Shown in pieces: positions 19,159 to 26,853 of a stretch of DNA of 61,332 bases (its first letter is position 1; every line of letters starts with the position of its first letter). Source of the DNA: Candidatus Nanopelagicaceae bacterium (GTDB taxonomy: Bacteria > Actinomycetota > Actinomycetes > Nanopelagicales > Nanopelagicaceae); the NCBI GenBank assembly GCA_035441345.1, contig DAOROE010000001.1, positions 22,815-84,146 of the forward strand. Direction: 5' to 3'. A program made the position numbers and the translations under genes. The notes beneath the pieces were generated by a model that did no database searches, had not been told where the DNA came from, and saw only the letters and a program-made list of their open reading frames with translations.

Positions 19159-19800
19159 CTAATTAAAGGGCAACGGATCGATGGATTGGTGTGCAGCGCC
19201 AGAATTTCTCGCAGTGACTTTTCGCATATGGTGGCGACGGCAGAGAACTTCATAAGCAACTTCGCTTGCTGCGTTTGTGTCTCCCACGACAACCTGTTCA
19301 CCTTCCGTCACCATGACACCGCCTATGGTTCGGGCATTATGAGTTGCTCGTTCTCCGCACCAACAGAGCGCCTCTACTTGCAAGGTATGAACTCGATCCG
19401 CCAATTCAACAAGGCGAGCTGAACCAGGAAAGAGTTTCGTTCGGAAATCAGTCAAGATGCCAAAGGCATAAACATCGATTCCGAGGCCGTCAGCAATCCG
19501 AGCCAGTTGCTCAATTTGTGAGGGCGCATAGAACTGAGCTTCGTCACAGATGACGTAATCAATACGCCGACCAGTCGAGAGTTGGTCGACTACAAATTTA
19601 TGAAGATCCATCTCTTCGGAGACTTCAAGCGCCTCTGATGTTAATCCCAATCTTGAGGAGATCTTTCCTGCGCCAGCTCGATCGCGATTGGTGAAAAGCA
19701 AGCCTGCGCGGCCACGACTTTCGTGGTTATGTGCGGTCTGAAGTGCAAGAGTGGACTTTCCACTATCCATGGTGCCGCAGTAATAAATCAGCTCAGCCAT
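19159..19800 (-). CDS. tdk: thymidine kinase
   Basis: GTMDSGKST P-loop, DEAQF, and the C-terminal Zn ribbon CWCG...CRRH. Confidence 0.92.
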   Translation of the reverse strand: MAELIYYCGTMDSGKSTLALQTAHNHESRGRAGLLFTNRDRAGAGKISSRLGLTSEALEVSEEMDLHKFVVDQLSTGRRIDYVICDEAQFYAPSQIEQLARIADGLGIDVYAFGILTDFRTKLFPGSARLVELADRVHTLQVEALCWCGERATHNARTIGGVMVTEGEQVVVGDTNAASEVAYEVLCRRHHMRKVTARNSGAAHQSIDPLPFN

Positions 19801-19803
19801 ATG

Positions 19804-20367
19804 TCAAGCCTTAAGAAGTGAGATGATCGAAACTTCTGGATGGGTGTCATGAATAATCTTTCTCCCTTGGAGAAATTCAATCTCTAACATAAAGAGATGG
19901 GCAACAACAGAGGCGCCGGTTACTCCCACAAGATCGTGACAGGCCAGCGCTGTTCCACCCGTAGCGAGTACATCGTCAACAATAATCACGTTGTCGCTCG
20001 GTGAGAGCAAATCTTTATGTAGTTCCAGAGCATCGAAACCGTACTCCAACGCATATTCTTTTCGATAAACCTCACGAGGTAACTTGCCAGGCTTTCGTAC
20101 AGTTACGAATCCAATTTCAAGAGCTTTCGCAATCGCTCCACCCAAAATAAAGCCACGGCTTTCGATTCCTACAATTGCATCGACGCCTCGATTTAAACCT
20201 CTGATGGCGCGAGCAAATTCATCGATCACAACTCCGAATCCCGGTCCGTCTGCCAGCAGTGGGGTGATGTCTTTAAAAAGAATTCCAGGTTTTGGATAGT
20301 CAGGTACATCCGCTATGAGCGAGAGTGCGCGATCGAGTGGCGTCGGATGAATAGAAGGGTTGCTCAC
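19804..20367 (-). CDS. apt: adenine phosphoribosyltransferase
   Basis: PRPP-binding motif IIVDDVLATGGTA. GTG start. Confidence 0.92.
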   Translation of the reverse strand: MSNPSIHPTPLDRALSLIADVPDYPKPGILFKDITPLLADGPGFGVVIDEFARAIRGLNRGVDAIVGIESRGFILGGAIAKALEIGFVTVRKPGKLPREVYRKEYALEYGFDALELHKDLLSPSDNVIIVDDVLATGGTALACHDLVGVTGASVVAHLFMLEIEFLQGRKIIHDTHPEVSIISLLKA

Positions 20368-20373
20368 GGCGGG

Positions 20374-20379
20374 AGCGTA
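20374..20379 (-). promoter_or_regulatory. -10-like TACGCT, 6 nt before the apt GTG
   Basis: Minus-strand TACGCT-cccgcc-GTG, located between the tRNA-Leu 3' end and apt. Confidence 0.4.
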
Positions 20380-20390
20380 TCTTTAAAACG

Positions 20391-20474
20391 TGTCCGAGAG
20401 GGGACTTGAACCCCTAATCCCTTTCGAGAACTAACACCTCAAGCTAGCGCGTCTGCCAATTCCGCCACCCGGAC
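20391..20474 (-). tRNA. tRNA-Leu (anticodon GAG), class II with long variable arm; CCA not encoded
   Basis: Hand-folded. Acceptor GTCCGGG/CTCGGAC, anticodon stem CTAGC/GTTAG, loop TTGAGGT, T-arm AGGGG-TTCAAGT-CCCCT. Confidence 0.9.
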
Positions 20475-20484
20475 AATGAGAGGG

Positions 20485-20490
20485 CATACT
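20485..20490 (+). promoter_or_regulatory. -10-like CATACT, 7 nt before the M20 peptidase ATG
   Basis: CATACT-ttagccc-ATG. Only 23 bp separate this ATG from the divergent tRNA-Leu 5' end. Confidence 0.45.
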
Positions 20491-20497
20491 TTAGCCC

Positions 20498-21817
20498 ATG
20501 ATTCTCAACGATGCCCAACGCGCAGAACTCGAAGCAGATGTAGTCCAGTTATGCCAAGAATTGATCCAAATCCCAAGCGTAAATTTTGGTGAAGGTAAAG
20601 GCGATGAAGAGGCCGCAGCAAAATATGTCGCTGCCAAACTCGAAGAGGTTGGAATCACAACAAAGATTTATGAAAGTGCTCCGAAGCGTTGTTCAGTAGT
20701 CGCGCGAGTTGAAGGCTCCAATCCAGCTTTACCGGGTCTTGTTGTCCATGGACACATTGATGTTGTGCCCGCAAATGCTGCTGATTGGAGCGTTGATCCA
20801 TTCTCCGGTGTCATCAAAGATGGTTGTATTTATGGACGTGGCGCTGTTGATATGAAGAATATGGATGCCATGATCCTTGGAGTTTTTAGATTATGGGCGC
20901 GACATGGATTTAAACCAGAACGCTCCATGGTTATTGTCTTCTTCGGTGATGAAGAGGCCGGCGGAATTTTCGGTTCCCGGTGGATGGCCGAGAAGCATCC
21001 CGAAGTCTTCGCAGGTTGCAGTGAAGCAGTCTCTGAAGTTGGCGGATTTTCACTCACTCTCAACTCTGGTAAGCGAATCTATTTGATAGAGACGGCAGAA
21101 AAGGGAATTGAATGGATGAAGCTCACTGCCGAAGGGACCGCTGGACATGGCTCGATGGTAAATCGTGAGAATGCAATAACACGCTTGGCGGATGCTGTTT
21201 CAAGAATCGGAAACTATAAGTGGCCACAACGCATCACTAAAACCAATGAAGTTTTTCTTCGAAAAATCGCAGAACTGACTGGGAAAACTTATGACCCGAA
21301 CAATCTCACTCCGATTCTTAACGAAGTTGGCTCAATCTCACGCATGATGGGCGCAACCTTGAGTAATACCGCTAATCCTTCAATGTTGGAGGGTGGTTAC
21401 AAAGCAAATGTCATTCCCCAAACAGCAAGCGCGGTTGTTGATGGTCGAACTCTTCCTGGATACGAACAAGAACTTGTCGATACGGTGAAGCAGCTAGCTG
21501 GCGAACATGTAAAAGTGGAGAGTTTGGTTTCTGACATTCCGCTCGAGGTTGACTTCGCTGGCCCGCTTGTTGACAAGATGATTGCAGCAATTAAGGCAGA
21601 AGATCCCGAAGGAATCCCTGTTCCTTACGTCATGAGTGGTGGGACAGATAACAAGGCTTTGGCCAAACTTGGTTTGGCTGGCTACGGCTTTAGCCCGCTC
21701 AAACTTCCACCAGAATTGGATTTTCTAGCGCTCTTTCATGGCGTGGATGAGCGAGTACCGATTGATTCGCTCAAATTTGGAGCGCGATCGCTCCAAACGT
21801 TCTTAGCTAACGCTTAG
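20498..21817 (+). CDS. M20-family metallopeptidase / DapE-like hydrolase
   Basis: HGHIDVV, GRGAVDMK and GDEEAGG metal-ligand motifs. Confidence 0.8.
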   Translation: MILNDAQRAELEADVVQLCQELIQIPSVNFGEGKGDEEAAAKYVAAKLEEVGITTKIYESAPKRCSVVARVEGSNPALPGLVVHGHIDVVPANAADWSVDPFSGVIKDGCIYGRGAVDMKNMDAMILGVFRLWARHGFKPERSMVIVFFGDEEAGGIFGSRWMAEKHPEVFAGCSEAVSEVGGFSLTLNSGKRIYLIETAEKGIEWMKLTAEGTAGHGSMVNRENAITRLADAVSRIGNYKWPQRITKTNEVFLRKIAELTGKTYDPNNLTPILNEVGSISRMMGATLSNTANPSMLEGGYKANVIPQTASAVVDGRTLPGYEQELVDTVKQLAGEHVKVESLVSDIPLEVDFAGPLVDKMIAAIKAEDPEGIPVPYVMSGGTDNKALAKLGLAGYGFSPLKLPPELDFLALFHGVDERVPIDSLKFGARSLQTFLANA

Positions 21818-21820
21818 TTT

Positions 21821-22768
21821 CTATTCAGCGGAAACTTCATCGAGCGCTTCGCGCACCGGTATTGGGATTGTTACTGATTCAGCGCTAAGCGCTCCACGTA
21901 ATTGTGCGCCGGTTCGGGCGCCAACAACAGCTGAGGTGACTCCGGGACAATCGCGTACCCACGCGAGAGATACTTCTAGTGGTGACAATGCCAAACCATC
22001 TGCAGCAACCATCACCGCTTCTACTATTCGCATTGAACGTTCGTCGAGATAGGGACTAATGAATGCCGAGAAGTGCGGACTAGCTCCTCGGGAGTCTGAG
22101 GGCATACCGCCGCGATATTTCCCGGTGAGCACGCCTCTTCCGAGCGGAGACCAGGCAAGAAATCCAACGTCGAGTTCTATGCAGGCAGGCAATACTTCTC
22201 TCTCAACACGACGATTGAGTAGAGAGTATTCATTTTGGGTGCTGACAACGGGAGCTTTTCCAAAGAGCGGGTTTTGTAAAGTGACGCTGCGCGCAAGTTG
22301 CCAACCAGAGAAATTCGATATTCCAACATGGCGCGCTTTGCCAGAATTGAGTGCGTAATCCATCGCTCCTAAAGTTTCCTCAAGAGGGGTTTTTTCATCC
22401 CACGTATGAATCTGCCAGAGATCCACATACTCGGTTCCCAATCTGGAGAGCGATTTGTCGAGATCCGCGATAAGCGAGGTTCGAGAGTTATCTACTTTTC
22501 GTTCACCTGTCTTAAAACTAATACCAGCCTTTGTGGCAATGACGACCTCGTCACGCGGTACAAGGACACCAAGCAGCCCGCCCAATACTCGTTCAGAATC
22601 GCCATCTCCATACACCGCCGCGGTATCAATGAAGTTACCTCCAGCATCAAGGAAGAAACGGAGCTGTTCAGCAGCTTCATGCTCATCGGTATCCCGGCCC
22701 CAGGTCATTGTGCCGAGAGCTAACCGAGAAACTCTTACGCCGCTGCGCCCGAGTTGGCGTTGTTCCAT
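21821..22768 (-). CDS. aldo/keto reductase
   Basis: MEQRQLGRSGVRVSRLALGTMTWG N-terminus and DTAAVYG motif. The track start at 22801 would overlap the divergent gene, so ATG 22768 is preferred. Confidence 0.85.
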   Translation of the reverse strand: MEQRQLGRSGVRVSRLALGTMTWGRDTDEHEAAEQLRFFLDAGGNFIDTAAVYGDGDSERVLGGLLGVLVPRDEVVIATKAGISFKTGERKVDNSRTSLIADLDKSLSRLGTEYVDLWQIHTWDEKTPLEETLGAMDYALNSGKARHVGISNFSGWQLARSVTLQNPLFGKAPVVSTQNEYSLLNRRVEREVLPACIELDVGFLAWSPLGRGVLTGKYRGGMPSDSRGASPHFSAFISPYLDERSMRIVEAVMVAADGLALSPLEVSLAWVRDCPGVTSAVVGARTGAQLRGALSAESVTIPIPVREALDEVSAE

Positions 22769-22774
22769 GAAAAG

Positions 22775-22793
22775 ACCATAGCACCAATAACCT
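22775..22793. promoter_or_regulatory. divergent -10 pair: TATGGT (minus, 22775-22780) for the AKR gene and TAACCT (plus, 22788-22793) for the histidine phosphatase gene
   Basis: Each hexamer is exactly 6 nt from its ATG. The gap between the two ATGs is 31 bp. Confidence 0.5.
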
Positions 22794-22799
22794 TGGAAC

Positions 22800-23468
22800 A
22801 TGACGATCTTCCTCTTGCTGCGTCACGCGCACTCCACAGCAAATGATGCTGGGATTTTGGCGGGTCGTACTGATGGAATTCATCTTTCGACGAAAGGTAT
22901 CCAGCAAAGTAAGGGTTTACCGAAAGCGTTACAAGAGTTTCCTATCAATCGTTTTATATCTAGCTCATTGCCTAGATGTATCGAGACGATTCAGCCAACT
23001 CTTACGCAGAGACATAGACGGTTAGTCACAGACGATAGCTTTATTGAAATGGACTACGGCGCTTGGTCTGGACGAGAATTGAAGAAATTACGTAAAGAAA
23101 AAGGCTGGAAGCAAGTTCAGCGGAACCCGATGACTTTTACTTTTCCTCAAGGCGAAAGCTTTGCAAGAACAGCGGTTCGAATTGAACGAGGGCTACAAAA
23201 CCTCTCGAAGTTATATCCGAAAGAGACGATTCTGATCGTTACTCATGGAGATATTATCAAGTTGGCGACTCAAATCACTTTAGGGGGAGATCTCAATAAA
23301 TTTCAGAGGCTCATTGTCGATACCTGTAGCTTGACGGTACTGGATTGGAAGAAGAACGAACGTTCTTTACTGCATTTCAATCAGAAGTTAGTGAAAGTAA
23401 AGACATCGAAAAACGAGAAGGCGCGAATGAAATCTCGACGAGTGCTTGGGGGAGGTTCAGGTGTCTAG
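22800..23468 (+). CDS. histidine-phosphatase superfamily protein (actinobacterial MSMEG_4193 / Rv2135c-like)
   Basis: LLLRHAHSTAN (RHG-type) motif and THGD later in the protein. Confidence 0.75.
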   Translation: MTIFLLLRHAHSTANDAGILAGRTDGIHLSTKGIQQSKGLPKALQEFPINRFISSSLPRCIETIQPTLTQRHRRLVTDDSFIEMDYGAWSGRELKKLRKEKGWKQVQRNPMTFTFPQGESFARTAVRIERGLQNLSKLYPKETILIVTHGDIIKLATQITLGGDLNKFQRLIVDTCSLTVLDWKKNERSLLHFNQKLVKVKTSKNEKARMKSRRVLGGGSGV

Positions 23469-23988
23469 GCAGATTTACAATCTCGATCAAGTAGATCGCT
23501 TTGTCTTAGGCACTGTTGGTCAACCTGGCGAGCGCGCCTTCTATCTTCAAGTACGTAAGGCAGGACAGGTATTTAGTTTTGCCCTTGAGAAATCCCAAGC
23601 TCAAGCTCTCACAGAGAGATTTGCCGAAATTCTCAAAGACACGCGTATGACTCAAGGTGCAGTCGAGCGAGATACAGAACCGTTAGATGCGCCTATTGAT
23701 TCTGAATTTACGTTAGGTGTTATGGCCATTACATGGCAAGCCGACTCTCAGCTCATTAGATTTGAAGCGCAAGGCATCTCTAATGAATCTAGTGATGAAG
23801 TTTTCGAAGAGATCGTAGGTGATGACGTCGAATCAGCTCCCGCGATACTTCGTTTAACCTTAACGCCTTCCCAAGTTCGCGGATTTGTACCGCGCTCGTT
23901 CTCTGTTATCAAAGCTGGACGTCAACCGTGCATGTTCTGTGGTGGGCCCATCAATCCAGATGGACATATTTGTCCACGCGCTAATTGA
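23461..23988 (+). CDS. DUF3090-family protein (Rv2134c-like)
   Basis: GTG at 23461 preceded by GGGGGAGG. C-terminal CMFCGGPINPDGHICPRAN cysteine motif. Overlaps the upstream stop by 8 nt. Confidence 0.7.
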   Translation: MSRQIYNLDQVDRFVLGTVGQPGERAFYLQVRKAGQVFSFALEKSQAQALTERFAEILKDTRMTQGAVERDTEPLDAPIDSEFTLGVMAITWQADSQLIRFEAQGISNESSDEVFEEIVGDDVESAPAILRLTLTPSQVRGFVPRSFSVIKAGRQPCMFCGGPINPDGHICPRAN

Positions 23989-24697
23989 AACTATCGTGCG
24001 CAGCGAAGCAGAGTTAATCTCTGGAGAACTGATCATCGAAGGTCGCCTCATCGATGCGTCAAATGCCACTCTATATGGAGTAATCAAAAACTCCATTGAA
24101 GATCAATTTCCTGTGGTTTATAAACCGATAGCAGGAGAGCGACCATTGTGGGATTTTCCGGATGGAAATCTTGCATCGCGAGAGGTGGCAGCGTTTCTGG
24201 TCAGCAAGGAAGTCGGTTTCAATTGCGTTCCAACAACGGTGTTACGAGATGGACCATTCGGAGTTGGAGCAGTTCAAGAGTGGATAGAGATCAAAGATGA
24301 TACCGACGTCATCGCTATCGCACAGTCAAAAGCTAGGGCCATTCGAAATATGGCGCTCTTTGATGTTGTCATCAATAACACGGATCGAAAATTTGGTCAT
24401 ATCCTTCCCGTAGATGACAGCACAATCCTTGGTTGTGACCATGGGGTCGCTTTCCATGAAGAATTTAAGTTGCGCACCGTCATCTGGCAGTTCGCAGGCG
24501 AGGTACTTAATGAGACTGAACGACATCAGATAGAGAATCTCGTCCGATGGTTGGAGGATGGCGGAAGAGATATTCTCATCAACTTCCTTACAGATGCTGA
24601 GATCACGGCAATGCGTGAAAGAGTTATTCAACTCTTACAAACAGGATTTCCCTATCCTTCGCAAGATTGGCCGGCAATACCATGGCCTCCGGTTTAG
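23960..24697 (+). CDS. SCO1664-family protein (Rv2133c-like), PI3/PI4-kinase-like catalytic motifs
   Basis: GRLIDASNATLYG N-terminal motif. NNTDRKFGHIL and GCDHGVAF resemble the catalytic and activation loops of type II PI4-kinases. The start is uncertain, and the chosen ATG at 23960 overlaps the upstream gene. Confidence 0.7.
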   Translation: MDIFVHALIETIVRSEAELISGELIIEGRLIDASNATLYGVIKNSIEDQFPVVYKPIAGERPLWDFPDGNLASREVAAFLVSKEVGFNCVPTTVLRDGPFGVGAVQEWIEIKDDTDVIAIAQSKARAIRNMALFDVVINNTDRKFGHILPVDDSTILGCDHGVAFHEEFKLRTVIWQFAGEVLNETERHQIENLVRWLEDGGRDILINFLTDAEITAMRERVIQLLQTGFPYPSQDWPAIPWPPV

Positions 24698-24738
24698 TTG
24701 CTGAGCGCGAGAACAGGGTATTTACCGTTAAATCTTTG

Positions 24739-24744
24739 TAGCAT
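24739..24744 (+). promoter_or_regulatory. -10-like TAGCAT, 6 nt before the mshC ATG
   Basis: TAGCAT-tgcttc-ATG. No Shine-Dalgarno sequence. Confidence 0.5.
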
Positions 24745-24750
24745 TGCTTC

Positions 24751-25983
24751 ATGCGCTCATGGCCGAATCTGACCCTTCCGCCAGCGTTGTCAAAGATTGG
24801 CCATAAACCGCTCGCTCTCTTTGATTCTTATAAAAAGTCGTTGGTCCAGATTCAGGATAATGAGCCTTCGCTCTATGTATGCGGAATAACCCCTTACGAC
24901 GCTACCCATCTTGGGCATGCTGCTACGTATATATCTTTTGATCTCATTCATCGCTATTTGCTGATGCAAGGCAAGAATGTGACGTTTGTAGAGAACATCA
25001 CTGATATTGATGATCCGCTGTTGGAGAGAGCCGCACGGGATAACCAAGGGTGGGAGTCCCTAGCGACGTCGCAGATCGATTTGTTTCGTACTGATATGGC
25101 GGCGCTCCGAGTCTTACCTCCACACCACTATCAAGGCGTTGTTGAGTCGATGTCGATCATTATCGAATTAGTGCAGAGACATATCGATAGCGGCCTTACA
25201 TATGCACTCGAAGGAGATATATACCTTGACCTTACAAAGGTTGATGGTGCGTTGAACGCTCTTCCGTTCCCTCTAGAGGAAGCTTTAAATATCTTTAGAG
25301 AACGAGGTGGAGATCCCGATCGGCAAGGAAAACACCATGCGTTAGACCCATTGTTATGGCGCGCCAAAAAAGGAAATGACCCATCGTGGTCTGCAAATTT
25401 TGGAGAGGGAAGGCCAGGATGGCATGTCGAGTGTGTAGCAATTGCGCTGTCAAACACTGAGTCTGGAAAGAGAACATCGATCTCACTCCAAGGTGGCGGC
25501 TCAGATCTCATTTTTCCTCATCACTTTATGACTGCGATTCAATCAAAATCCCTGACCGAGAAGGAATTTGCGGGAGCTTATGTTCATGCCGGAATGATCG
25601 GTCTTGATGGCGAGAAAATGAGCAAGAGCCGAGGAAATCTAGTCTTTGTTTCGAAGTTACTGCAGGCTGGAATAGCGCCTAATGTCATACGGATTGCCCT
25701 TACGCTCCATCATTATCAAGAGGATCGAATGTGGAGTGAAGACTTGCTTCATCGGGCTCAATCTCTCTCGTCGAAAATTGAAAACGCGTTATCTCGTTCT
25801 GAAGTTGCTCCCACATTCCAATGTATTCAACGAATCGCGGATGCGATGGCCAATAATCTCGATACACCTGCCGCGTATTTGGCAATCGAGCAGTGGTGCG
25901 ATGAAACTGCCTACGGTAGCGAGGGTGGTTCTGCGGGCGAGATCTCGCGGGCCCTCGATAGTTATCTTGGACTTGGTTACTAG
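24751..25983 (+). CDS. mshC: cysteine:1D-myo-inosityl 2-amino-2-deoxy-alpha-D-glucopyranoside ligase (mycothiol ligase)
   Basis: CysRS paralogue of about 410 aa without an anticodon domain. HIGH-type THLGHA and KMSKS motifs. Conserved position beside the Rv2133c-2135c-like trio. Confidence 0.85.
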   Translation: MRSWPNLTLPPALSKIGHKPLALFDSYKKSLVQIQDNEPSLYVCGITPYDATHLGHAATYISFDLIHRYLLMQGKNVTFVENITDIDDPLLERAARDNQGWESLATSQIDLFRTDMAALRVLPPHHYQGVVESMSIIIELVQRHIDSGLTYALEGDIYLDLTKVDGALNALPFPLEEALNIFRERGGDPDRQGKHHALDPLLWRAKKGNDPSWSANFGEGRPGWHVECVAIALSNTESGKRTSISLQGGGSDLIFPHHFMTAIQSKSLTEKEFAGAYVHAGMIGLDGEKMSKSRGNLVFVSKLLQAGIAPNVIRIALTLHHYQEDRMWSEDLLHRAQSLSSKIENALSRSEVAPTFQCIQRIADAMANNLDTPAAYLAIEQWCDETAYGSEGGSAGEISRALDSYLGLGY

Positions 25984-26825
25984 ATCTCCGGATTTCTCCG
26001 AAGGAAGCGTTCGACCTCTCGTGCAATAGCCTCGCCGGTAACTTCAGGTAAGTCGGAGGCATCTTTTGATGATTCAAGCTGGCGTACATAATCTCCAACT
26101 TCGGAATCTTCGGCTGCCATCTGATCAACTTGCTTCTCCCACGATGCAGCTCTTTCGGGTAGATCGCCTTGAGTAATACTTATCTCCAGAAAATCCTCCA
26201 GAGCGTTAACCAATGCAAGCGATGCTTTGGGAGATGGGGGAGTTGAAACATAGTGAGGCACGGCAGCCCACAGCGAAACTGCATCTAATCCACGACGATG
26301 GGAGGCATCTTGCAATACTCCGACAATTCCCGTGGGTCCTTCATATCGGGAGATCTCAACTCCTAACTTCTCCGCGACATCGGGATGAGCACCGCTTCCA
26401 GTAACGCTAATAGGTCGAGAGTGTGGTGTATCCGCCAGTAATGCGCCCATCGTTATCAGCATGGGAACTTCATAATCATCTGCAAGATCAAGAATTTCGT
26501 CGGCAAAGCGCTGCCATCTCATCGAGGGTTCAATACCTTTTACAACGAGAAAATCATGATCGAGATGAGGCGTTGAAACAGAGTAAACAATCGTGTTTGG
26601 CCAGATAATTTCGCGAACAACTTTCTCATCAACGCGAATTGTTGGGCGATTAACTTGAAAGTCGTAATAGTCCTCTGGATCCATCACGGCCAGTTGTTGG
26701 TGAGTCCATACTGTAAGCAGATGAGTAATCGCTCCGGTTGCTGATTCTCCAGCGTCATTCCATCCTTCGAATGCCGCAATCATGATGGGGCTCCGTAGGT
26801 TTAACGAGTTCTCGGAAATGAACAT
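25980..26825 (-). CDS. PAC2-family protein (Rv2125-like)
   Basis: SPIMIAAFEGWNDAGESATGA N-terminus is typical of actinobacterial PAC2 proteins. Stop codon shares CTAG with mshC. Confidence 0.75.
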   Translation of the reverse strand: MFISENSLNLRSPIMIAAFEGWNDAGESATGAITHLLTVWTHQQLAVMDPEDYYDFQVNRPTIRVDEKVVREIIWPNTIVYSVSTPHLDHDFLVVKGIEPSMRWQRFADEILDLADDYEVPMLITMGALLADTPHSRPISVTGSGAHPDVAEKLGVEISRYEGPTGIVGVLQDASHRRGLDAVSLWAAVPHYVSTPPSPKASLALVNALEDFLEISITQGDLPERAASWEKQVDQMAAEDSEVGDYVRQLESSKDASDLPEVTGEAIAREVERFLRRNPEI

Positions 26826-26831
26826 AGTGTG

Positions 26832-26846
26832 AGCCTACGATAAACT
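26832..26846. promoter_or_regulatory. back-to-back -10 hexamers: TAGGCT (minus, 26832-26837) for PAC2 and TAAACT (plus, 26841-26846) for metH
   Basis: TAGGCT-cacact-ATG on the minus strand. TAAACT-cccacca-GTG on the plus strand. The whole divergent gap is 28 bp. Confidence 0.5.
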
Positions 26847-26853
26847 CCCACCA

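Noticed and set aside
23354-23365. LexA-box-like core GAAC-GAAC-GTTC (GAAC-N4-GTTC).
   Set aside because: It lies inside the histidine-phosphatase coding sequence (codons for KKNERS), lacks the flanking TC/GA of the actinobacterial SOS box, and has no downstream gene to regulate.
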